Assembly (NCBI GenBank): GCA_963792415.1
Contig: CAWBVY010000006.1
Span: 352,001-416,000, forward strand
From: Candidatus Deferrimicrobiaceae bacterium
Lineage (GTDB): Bacteria; Desulfobacterota; Deferrimicrobia; Deferrimicrobiales; Deferrimicrobiaceae
Length of the DNA stretch: 64,000 bases
Direction of reading: 5' to 3'
Positions 56,627 to 64,000 of this stretch are shown piece after piece. Under the pieces are notes generated by a model that had not been told where the DNA came from, ran no database searches, and saw nothing but the letters and a program-made list of their open reading frames with translations. Position numbers and translations under genes: made by a program. Within the stretch, counting starts at the first letter, position 1; every line of letters starts with the position of its first letter.

Positions 56627-57871
56627 TTAAAAAGATAGACCCGCGTCGGGAAGGTCGCCGACGGCCGCCAGCGTGAAGCGGTCCCTGCGAAGCACCTCCG
56701 CCGCGAGCGAGCGCACTTCCTCCGGTGTAACGGCGTCGACGCGGTCGAGGAGCGCCTCCGGGGGCTCCAGGCGGTTGAGGAACATCTCGTTCATCGCGAG
56801 GCACGACATCCGGTACCCGGTGCTTTCCAGCGAAAGAAGGGTGTTCCCCTTGATGAGTTCCTTCCCGAACGCGACCTCCTCGTCCGTGACCCCGCCCCGC
56901 TGGAGGACGTCCACCACGTCGCCCGCGACGGAGAGCACCTCGGCGGCGGAATCACGCCCCGTGCCGGCGTAGATGTCCACGACCCCGGCGTCCGCGTAGG
57001 CGGACAGGGAAGAGCCCACGGAGTACGCAAGGCCGCGCTCCTCGCGGACCTGCTGGAAAAGCCGGCTGCTGGAACTCCCTCCGAGAATCGCGTTCAGCAC
57101 GTCCATCGCGTAGATCCGCTCGCTCCGGCGCGAAACGCCCGGGGCGCCGAGGCACAGGTGCACCTGCTCGAGAGGCCTCCGCCTGAGGAACGTCCCCCGC
57201 ACCGGCTCCGTGGGAGGGACGGGAACCAGCGGCTCCCCGAGCGGGAGCGAGGAGAGAGCGCGTTCGAACGCCTCCGCAACGGCAACGTGCGGGAGGTTCC
57301 CCACCGTCGTCACCACGATCCCCGTCCGCCGGAACCGGTCGTCGAAATACCCCGTAAGGAGGGCCCGGTCGAACCGGCCGACGCTCTCCGCGGACCCCTG
57401 CACGGGAAACCCCAGCGGGTGCCCCCCCCAGTACGCCGCGTTGAAGTAATCGTGGAGGTACTCCTCGGGCGTGTCGTCCACCATGAGGATCTCCTGGAGG
57501 ATGACGCCCCTCTCGCGATCCAGTTCCGCCTCGTCGAAGAGGGAGTTCCGATAGATGTCGGCAAGCAGGTCCACGAGAAGGGGAAAATCCTTTTCCATCG
57601 CCTTGGCGAAGAAGTACGTGTACTCCCTGGAGGTGCAGGCGTTCATCGTGCCGCCCACCGATTCGATGGCCCTGGAGATGTCCACGGCTCTCCGGCGGGG
57701 CGTCCCCTTGAACAGCATGTGCTCGATGAAATGCGCGACGCCGCTTTCGGCCGGCGTTTCCGCGCGCGAGCCCACCGGCACCCAGATCCCCACGGTGGCG
57801 GATCGCAACCAGGAGACCTGTTCGGTGACGATGGCGACGCCGTTGCCGAGGAGGGTACGGGCGACCGTCAT
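56627..57871 (-). CDS. M16 family zinc peptidase
   Basis: HFIEHMLFKGT; typical position after pnp. Confidence 0.93.
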   Translation of the reverse strand: MTVARTLLGNGVAIVTEQVSWLRSATVGIWVPVGSRAETPAESGVAHFIEHMLFKGTPRRRAVDISRAIESVGGTMNACTSREYTYFFAKAMEKDFPLLVDLLADIYRNSLFDEAELDRERGVILQEILMVDDTPEEYLHDYFNAAYWGGHPLGFPVQGSAESVGRFDRALLTGYFDDRFRRTGIVVTTVGNLPHVAVAEAFERALSSLPLGEPLVPVPPTEPVRGTFLRRRPLEQVHLCLGAPGVSRRSERIYAMDVLNAILGGSSSSRLFQQVREERGLAYSVGSSLSAYADAGVVDIYAGTGRDSAAEVLSVAGDVVDVLQRGGVTDEEVAFGKELIKGNTLLSLESTGYRMSCLAMNEMFLNRLEPPEALLDRVDAVTPEEVRSLAAEVLRRDRFTLAAVGDLPDAGLSF

Positions 57872-57884
57872 CGACGTCGGCCGA

Positions 57885-60080
57885 CTATCGGCGTCCCCTT
57901 CCCCCGCCGCGGCCGCCGTCCCGCCCGCGATCCCGTCCCGGGTCGCCCTTCTCCCTGTCCCGGTCCTGTCCCGGCGGCGGGCCCGTGGCCTCGGGGAACC
58001 TCCCCTCCTCCTCGAACTCCTTGTGGGAGAGGCGGATCTTCCCGTCCCGGTCCACCTCGAGTACGCGGACGGTGACGTCGTCCCCCTCCTTGAAGCAGTC
58101 CGCGACGTTGACGCGGTGCTTCGAGATCTGGGAAACGTGGAGCAGGCCGTCGGTGCCGGGGAAGAGTTCCACGAAGGCGCCGAAATCCATGATCTTGCGT
58201 ACCCTTCCCTCGTAGACCTTTCCCACCTCGGCGCTCTGCGTGATCCCCTCGATGATGGAGATGGCCGCCCGCGCCGAGTCGGCGTTCACCGCTGCGATCT
58301 TCACGGTGCCGTCGTCGTCGATGTCGATCTTCACGCCCGTCTGCTCCTGAATCCCGCGGATGATCTTCCCTCCCGGGCCGATGATCTCCCGGATCTTGTC
58401 GGTCTTCACCATCATGACGTAGATCCGCGGGGCGTACGGGGAGAGATCGGCGCGGTGCTTGTCGATCACGGCGTTCATCTTCTCGAGGATGTGGAGCCGA
58501 CCCTCGCGGGCCTGCCGGAGGGCGGAGAGCATGATTTCGCGGCTGACGCCGCCGATCTTTATGTCCATCTGGATGGCGGTCACCCCGTTCCTCGTTCCCG
58601 CCACCTTGAAGTCCATGTCGCCAAGGTGATCCTCGTCCCCGAGGATGTCGGAAAGGACCGCAACGTCGTCCCCCTCCTTGATGAGCCCCATCGCGATGCC
58701 GGAAACGGCTCCGGAGGTCGGGACCCCGGCGTCCATCATCGCGAGGGACGCCCCGCACACCGTGGCCATGGAGGAGGACCCGTTGGACTCGAGGACCTCG
58801 GAAACGATGCGCACCGTATAGGGGAAGTCGACGTTCTTCGGCAGCACCTTCGACACGGCGCGCTCCGCGAGCGCCCCGTGCCCTACCTCGCGGCGGCCGG
58901 GACCGCGCAGCATCTTGACCTCGCCGACGCTGAAGGGCGGGAAGTTGTAATGAAGCATGAACGACTTGGTGGTGTCCCCCATGATCGAGTCGATCCGCTG
59001 CTCATCCTGAGACGTCCCGAGGGTGGCCATAACGAGGGCCTGCGTCTCGCCCCGGGTGAAGACGGCGGATCCGTGCGTGCGGGGGAGCACCCCTACCTCG
59101 CAGGAGATGGCGCGGACGTCCGTCAGTCCACGGCCGTCGATCCGCTTTTTCTCCCGGAGGATCGTCCCGCGGACGTACTTCTTTTCCAGGCTTTTCAGGG
59201 CGTCGGAGATCAGAGCCCCCTTCTCCGCGCGCTCATCGTCGGTGAAGGCGGTGCGAACCGACTCGCCGATCGCCTCGATCCGCTTGCGCCGGTCCTGCTT
59301 CTCCCGGATGGCGTACGCCTCGGCGAAAGGAGCCTCGGCGATCGATGCGATCTTCCCCAGGTCTTCCGCCGAGAGGGCCTTCTTCTCGAAGACACGCTTC
59401 TCCTTGCCGATCTCCCGGGCCATCCGCTCCTGGAGATCGAGGATCGGGACCAGCGACCGGTGCGCAAAGAGGATCGCGTCGAGCACCTCCTCCTCGGATG
59501 CCTCGTTCGACTCTCCCTCGACCATCAGGATCGCGTCGCGGCTTCCGGCGACGAAGATGTTCAGGTCGCTCCGCTCGAAGTCGGGAAGGACGGGGTTGAC
59601 CACCAGTTTCCCGTCGATCCGGCCGACCCGCGCCCCGGCGATCGGCCCGGCGAAGGGGATCTCGGAGATCGAGAGCGCGGCCGAGGCGCCGATCATGGCC
59701 AGGATCCCCGTGTCGTTCTCCTTGTCCGCGGAGAGAACGGTCGCGACGATCTGGATCTCGTTGTAGAACCCTTTCGGAAAGAGGGGACGGATGGGCCGGT
59801 CGATCATCCGGGAGGTGAGGATCTCGTACTCGGAGAGCCTCCCCTCGCGCTTGAAGAAGCCGCCCGGGATCTTTCCGACCGCGGAGGTCTTCTCCACGTA
59901 GTCGACGACCAGCGGGAGGAAGTCGATCCCAGGGCGGGGATTCTCGGAGAGGCACGCGGTGACCAGCACGACCGATTCCCCGTAGCGGACGACCGCAGCG
60001 CCGCCGGCCTGGCGGGCCCAACGACCCGATTCTATGGACAGGTTCCGTCCGGATACTTCAATTTCGTACACGTTACCCAC
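57885..60080 (-). CDS. pnp: Polyribonucleotide nucleotidyltransferase
   Basis: [32 protein letters not shown]; KH and S1 domains. Confidence 0.97.
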   Translation of the reverse strand: MGNVYEIEVSGRNLSIESGRWARQAGGAAVVRYGESVVLVTACLSENPRPGIDFLPLVVDYVEKTSAVGKIPGGFFKREGRLSEYEILTSRMIDRPIRPLFPKGFYNEIQIVATVLSADKENDTGILAMIGASAALSISEIPFAGPIAGARVGRIDGKLVVNPVLPDFERSDLNIFVAGSRDAILMVEGESNEASEEEVLDAILFAHRSLVPILDLQERMAREIGKEKRVFEKKALSAEDLGKIASIAEAPFAEAYAIREKQDRRKRIEAIGESVRTAFTDDERAEKGALISDALKSLEKKYVRGTILREKKRIDGRGLTDVRAISCEVGVLPRTHGSAVFTRGETQALVMATLGTSQDEQRIDSIMGDTTKSFMLHYNFPPFSVGEVKMLRGPGRREVGHGALAERAVSKVLPKNVDFPYTVRIVSEVLESNGSSSMATVCGASLAMMDAGVPTSGAVSGIAMGLIKEGDDVAVLSDILGDEDHLGDMDFKVAGTRNGVTAIQMDIKIGGVSREIMLSALRQAREGRLHILEKMNAVIDKHRADLSPYAPRIYVMMVKTDKIREIIGPGGKIIRGIQEQTGVKIDIDDDGTVKIAAVNADSARAAISIIEGITQSAEVGKVYEGRVRKIMDFGAFVELFPGTDGLLHVSQISKHRVNVADCFKEGDDVTVRVLEVDRDGKIRLSHKEFEEEGRFPEATGPPPGQDRDREKGDPGRDRGRDGGRGGGRGRR

Positions 60081-60102
60081 AGTGATGGATTCCCTTCTCG
60101 TA

Positions 60103-60123
60103 GCGGTTCCCCGTGGGAACCGC
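60103..60123. other. Perfect 9-bp hairpin in the rpsO-pnp intergenic region
   Basis: GCGGTTCCC-CGT-GGGAACCGC; no U-tract, so a processing/stability element is more likely than a terminator. Confidence 0.45.
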
Positions 60124-60161
60124 GGATTGTGTTGGCGGAAATTCCTGGAGCGATGCCGGGA

Positions 60162-60431
60162 CTACTTGCGAAGACCGAGCGTCTCCAGAAGGGCCTTGTA
60201 CCGGATCGATTCCACCGACTTCAGATAATCCAGCAGGCGCCGCCGCTGCCCGACCAGCTTGAGCAGGCCCCGTCGCGTGCTGAAGTCCTTGGAGTGAATC
60301 TTGAGGTGGTCCGTGATCATGTTGATCCGCTCCGTCAGGAGCGCGACCTGGACCTCGGGGGAACCGGTGTCCGTGTCATGAACACGGAACTTTCCGATGA
60401 TGTCGCTCTTTTTCTCGGTGACGAGACTCAT
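60162..60431 (-). CDS. rpsO: 30S ribosomal protein S15
   Basis: [29 protein letters not shown]. Confidence 0.98.
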   Translation of the reverse strand: MSLVTEKKSDIIGKFRVHDTDTGSPEVQVALLTERINMITDHLKIHSKDFSTRRGLLKLVGQRRRLLDYLKSVESIRYKALLETLGLRK

Positions 60432-60491
60432 GACCTTTTGCCTTTCTCCTTTCGTTGCGTCGAGAATGTTCCGTTTTTATTGAGGAATTAA

Positions 60492-60520
60492 TTTATACCA
60501 TATCCGACCTCGTATGTAAA
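60492..60520 (-). promoter_or_regulatory. rpsO promoter (extended -10)
   Basis: TTTACA-17-TATAAA with TG at -15/-14. Confidence 0.65.
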
Positions 60521-61411
60521 TCAGATGCCCCGAACGATTTTCCAGAGCCCCGCCGGATCCCGGCCGACGATCGCCAGGGGCTCCCGCAGCGAAGTCACCA
60601 GCAGCGCGAAGTCCCCCCGCTCCGACGCGGCGCGATCGACCAGCCACGGCCCGGAAAGCCTTCCGTTTCGCACCTGGGAGATCGCCGCCGCCGGCACCTC
60701 CCAGCGCGGGAACCGCCCAAGCGCATCGACGATCGGGATGAGGAGGGAGTGCGCGTCGAGGCATCGTGCCCGTTCGCGCAACGCGTCCAGCGTCACCGCC
60801 TGCTCCAGGCGGAACGGCCCTACCCGGGTACGCCGCAGCTCCGAGACCGTCAACGGGACCCCGAGACGCGCGCCCAGATCTCGCGGCAGCGACCGTACGT
60901 AGAACCCCTTCGAGACGGAGAGAAACACCCGAAACCGGTCCGGCCCGGTAAAGAGGAGCCGCGCCTCGCGAACCGTGACCCGTCGCGCCGCGAGAGGAAC
61001 CTGCATCCCCTTCCGCGCGAGCTTGTAGGAGGGCACCCCGCCCACCTTGACCGCCGAGTACGCAGGGGGGACCTGCTCGAACGTCCCCACCAGAGCCGCC
61101 AGCGCCTCCGCCAGGGCGCCCTCCGGGACCGTGGCCCCGGGACGCTCCTCCACGGGCTTCCCCGTGGCGTCGCCGGTGTCCGTCGCGACGCCGACCGCGA
61201 ACCCCGCCTCGTACTCCTTTTCCTCCTCCGTGAGGTAGCCCGCGATCTTCGTGGCGGCTCCGACGCACACGGGCAGTACCCCGGTGGCCATCGGGTCGAG
61301 GGTGCCGGCGTGGCCGCACTTCCGCTCCCTGAGGATCCGACCCACTGCCTGGACCACGTCGAAGGAGGTGATCCCGGGGGGTTTGTCGACGACCAGCACC
61401 CCCGCCGTCAC
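60521..61411 (-). CDS. truB: tRNA pseudouridine(55) synthase
   Basis: DKP.G.TS, GHAGTLDPMATG, PP.YSA.K, SKG.YVRSL. Confidence 0.95.
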   Translation of the reverse strand: MTAGVLVVDKPPGITSFDVVQAVGRILRERKCGHAGTLDPMATGVLPVCVGAATKIAGYLTEEEKEYEAGFAVGVATDTGDATGKPVEERPGATVPEGALAEALAALVGTFEQVPPAYSAVKVGGVPSYKLARKGMQVPLAARRVTVREARLLFTGPDRFRVFLSVSKGFYVRSLPRDLGARLGVPLTVSELRRTRVGPFRLEQAVTLDALRERARCLDAHSLLIPIVDALGRFPRWEVPAAAISQVRNGRLSGPWLVDRAASERGDFALLVTSLREPLAIVGRDPAGLWKIVRGI

Positions 61412-62370
61412 GACAACACGGCCGTAAGCGCCTCGAGCACTCTCTTCCTCACGTCGACGAGAGGCCCCGGGACGGAGCATCCGGCGGCGTTGCGGTGCCC
61501 TCCCCCGCCGAACCGGGCGGCGACGGCGGAGACATCGACGCGCCCCTTGGAGCGGAAGCTCACGCGGAAGACCCCCCCCTCCTCCTCGCGAAGGGAGACG
61601 GCGACTTCGACACCGACGATGGAACGGGGGTAATTGATGAATCCCTCGAGGGCATCCTTCCCTGCGGCGAACTCCCGCAGGTCTTCCCGCATCGTGGTGA
61701 TGAAGGCGACCCTTCCGTCGGCGAAAACCTCCAGGGATCCGAGCACCCGGCCGAGCAGCCGGAGACGGAGGGCGCTTTGCGTCTCGTAGACCTGCTCCGC
61801 CACGGCCCACGGATCGACCCCCCGGCGGACCATCTCCCCGGCCACTTCAAAGGCTTCCGGGGAAGAGCTCCCGTAATGGAACGATCCGGTGTCGGTCAGG
61901 ACCGCGACGTAGATGTTGGTCGCGACGTCGAGGCCGATCTCGTACCCCATCGCCGAGAGGACCCGGTGGACGAGGAGACCCGTCGCGGCGGCGTCGGGAT
62001 CGACCAGGGCGAGTTCCCCGAGATCGCCGTTCGACCGATGGTGGTCGATGTTGACGAGGAGGGGGCACTTCCGCAGTTCCTGGCCGACGCGCCCCGTCCG
62101 CTCCGGGGAGCCGCAATCCACCACGACCGCCACGTCGTACTTCGAACCGTCCTCCTCGAAGACGACCGTGCCCGCCCCCGGGAGAAAGAGAAGGTTGCCG
62201 GGAACCGGGTCGGCGTTCAGCACCGTCGCGGTCTTTCCCATCTTCCGCAGGGCCAGGGCGAGCGCCAGCTCGGAGCCGATCGCGTCCCCTTCCGGATTTT
62301 CGTGGCAGGCGATGAGGAAGCGGTCCTTTTCCCGCAGGACCCGGCAGACCGCGGAGAGGTCACCCCTCAT
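61408..62370 (-). CDS. nrnA: DHH/DHHA1 oligoribonuclease / PAP phosphatase
   Basis: H.NPEGDAIGS, IDHH, TDTGSF, GGGH.NAAG. Confidence 0.9.
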   Translation of the reverse strand: MRGDLSAVCRVLREKDRFLIACHENPEGDAIGSELALALALRKMGKTATVLNADPVPGNLLFLPGAGTVVFEEDGSKYDVAVVVDCGSPERTGRVGQELRKCPLLVNIDHHRSNGDLGELALVDPDAAATGLLVHRVLSAMGYEIGLDVATNIYVAVLTDTGSFHYGSSSPEAFEVAGEMVRRGVDPWAVAEQVYETQSALRLRLLGRVLGSLEVFADGRVAFITTMREDLREFAAGKDALEGFINYPRSIVGVEVAVSLREEEGGVFRVSFRSKGRVDVSAVAARFGGGGHRNAAGCSVPGPLVDVRKRVLEALTAVLS

Positions 62371-62731
62371 CCGGACCTTCCTTCGCCTCCGGAATATCCC
62401 GGAGGATCGCGTCGATCCGGGCGCCGCGGTCGAACGAGTCGTCGTAATGGAACTGGAGCTCGGGGGCGTACCGCAGGCCGAGGCTATGGCCGAGCTCCCG
62501 CCGCAGGAAACCGGAGGACCGACGGAGCGCCTTGGCCACGGCCGGGCGGTCCGAAGTTGCGACGAGAGCGGAGTAATTCACGTGGGCGATCCGAAGGTCG
62601 GGGGTGACGGATACCTCGGTGACGGTGACCGACACCAGCCCGGGGTCGTTCACCTTCCGCAGCAGGAGGAGGGAGAGCTCTTCCCGGATCTTTTCACCGA
62701 CACGCGCGGGGCGGTCACCGCGGCCCTTCAT
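62360..62731 (-). CDS. rbfA: Ribosome-binding factor A
   Basis: R..RV.E.I.EEL, DP, DL..A.V, LRY.PEL.F.YD.S. Confidence 0.94.
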   Translation of the reverse strand: MKGRGDRPARVGEKIREELSLLLLRKVNDPGLVSVTVTEVSVTPDLRIAHVNYSALVATSDRPAVAKALRRSSGFLRRELGHSLGLRYAPELQFHYDDSFDRGARIDAILRDIPEAKEGPDEG

Positions 62732-63033
62732 TCCGTTTCGCTCCCCTCGGGGTGGAAGAACTCGACGCGGGAGGAGAGAAGTTCCACCTCGCCGTCTCGG
62801 CCGATCCCCCCGGCGATCCGGTCGAGCATCGACCGGGCGAGGCGCCCGTCGGTGGTGACCAGCGCCGCGCCGACGGTCCCCCGCTGCCAGAGATCCTGTC
62901 CCCCCACCTCGGCGACCGATACGGGGTAGTTGGCGCGGATCCGCGCGACGAGGCTCACGAGGCGCCGCCGCTTGTCCTTGAGGGACGCGGCGTCCGGGAA
63001 GAGAAGCTCCGCGATCAGGACCGCCACCAGCAA
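62728..63033 (-). CDS. DUF503 (YlxP-like) protein
   Basis: SLKDKR, VSVAEV..QDLWQR; located between infB and rbfA. Confidence 0.9.
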   Translation of the reverse strand: MLVAVLIAELLFPDAASLKDKRRRLVSLVARIRANYPVSVAEVGGQDLWQRGTVGAALVTTDGRLARSMLDRIAGGIGRDGEVELLSSRVEFFHPEGSETE

Positions 63034-63055
63034 CCGATTCCCCCACCCGCGTACG

Positions 63056-64000
63056 TCACGCCAGCGTGCCGGCGATCTTCTCGATCATGAACGCCTCGAT
63101 ATGGTCGCCCACCTGGAGGTCGTTGTACCCGTCGATCCCGAGGCCGCACTCGTACCCCTCCGCGACCTCCTTGACGTCGTCCTTGAACCGCTTCAGGGAG
63201 GAGAGCTTCCCCTCGTACACGACCACGCTGTCCCGAAGGAGGCGGATGTTCGCGCCGCGGGCGATCTTTCCCGACAGGACGCTGCAGCCGGCGATCGTGC
63301 CGATCTTGGAGATGTGGAACATGTTGCGCACCTCGGCCCGGCCCAAAACGACCTCCTTGAGGGTGGGATCGAGGAGCCCCTCCATCGCCTTTTTCACGTC
63401 GTCCACAACGTCGTAGATGACGGAGTAGAGCCGGATGTCGACCCCCTCGCGCTCCGCGATGACGGCCGCCTTCGGTTCGGGCCGGACGTTGAACCCGATG
63501 ATCACGGCCGAGGAAGCGGAGGCGAGCATCACGTCGGACTCGGAGATCCCCCCGACGCCGGAGTGGATCACGGCTACCTTCACCTTCGCGTCGGCCAGTT
63601 TGTCGAGGGAGAAACGGAGCGCCTCCATCGACCCCTGGACGTCGGACTTGATCACGATGTTCAGTTCCTTCACCAACCCCTCGTCGATCTGCTTGTGCAG
63701 ATCCTCGAGGCTCATCCGCGGGCGCACCACGGCGCGCTCCCGCTCCTTCTCGCCCCGGTGGAGGGCGATCTGCCGGGCCGTCCGCTCATCCTTCAGGACG
63801 GCGAACTTCTGGCCGGCATCCGGCAGGCCGGACAGCCCCTGGATCTCGACGGGAGTCCCGGGAGGGGCCTCGTCGAGCCGCTTCCCCTTGTGGTTCATCA
63901 GCGAACGGACACGCCCATAGTGCATCCCGGTGACGATGGCGTCGCCCACCTTCAGCGTTCCATCGGCCACCAGGACGGTGGCGACGGGGCCACGCCCCCT
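63056..64000 (-). CDS. infB: Translation initiation factor IF-2, C-terminal part (continues beyond the window)
   Basis: KSDVQGS.EA, VGGISESDV.LA, IIGFNVRP, SLKRFKDDVKEV..GYECG. Confidence 0.97.
   Translation of the reverse strand, partial: RGRGPVATVLVADGTLKVGDAIVTGMHYGRVRSLMNHKGKRLDEAPPGTPVEIQGLSGLPDAGQKFAVLKDERTARQIALHRGEKERERAVVRPRMSLEDLHKQIDEGLVKELNIVIKSDVQGSMEALRFSLDKLADAKVKVAVIHSGVGGISESDVMLASASSAVIIGFNVRPEPKAAVIAEREGVDIRLYSVIYDVVDDVKKAMEGLLDPTLKEVVLGRAEVRNMFHISKIGTIAGCSVLSGKIARGANIRLLRDSVVVYEGKLSSLKRFKDDVKEVAEGYECGLGIDGYNDLQVGDHIEAFMIEKIAGTLA

Noticed and set aside
60432-60490. S15 autoregulatory leader RNA
   Set aside because: Expected by position, but I could not identify a convincing structure.

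Overview
High-GC bacterial chromosome segment. Gene order and protein types are Deltaproteobacteria-like; Ca. Deferrimicrobium/MBNT15 is my inference, not a database result. From about 6.7 kb to the end it is mostly housekeeping genes on the minus strand: infB (partial)-DUF503-rbfA-nrnA-truB-rpsO-pnp-M16 peptidase-dut-purB/S/Q/L/F-pyrE, nadB (+), slt-pgsA-tRNA-Gly, an MFS transporter, a liv ABC operon and tRNA-Cys/Leu (+), epimerase, FBP aldolase/phosphatase, pgi-mutL-miaA, accA-pheA-aroF-tyrA-aroA-cmk-ispH-rpsA-sppA-ihfB-HIT-mutS-amidase-glnD-xerD-A-adding nucleotidyltransferase-S2P-trpS-scpA-scpB/rluB. The first ~5.6 kb is a lower-GC accessory region around tRNA-fMet: an arylmalonate decarboxylase/maleate isomerase-family gene (partial), an IS3-family element, an RHH/PIN toxin-antitoxin pair, a damaged ORF6N gene, a tyrosine integrase and a beta-barrel gene. 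Most interesting signals: (1) two abutting modules (TA; ORF6N+integrase), each bracketed by its own imperfect direct repeat, just upstream of tRNA-fMet; (2) four hairpins with an invariant GTA/GAA internal loop and variable apical loops, arranged as inverted pairs behind tRNA-Cys and tRNA-Leu; (3) a palindromic MITE-like element flanked by an 8-bp direct repeat near tRNA-Gly; (4) reading-frame anomalies at homopolymer runs (split amidase, ScpB-RluB fusion) that may be assembly errors; (5) enzymes with altered catalytic residues. All calls come from reading the sequence by eye; no searches were run.
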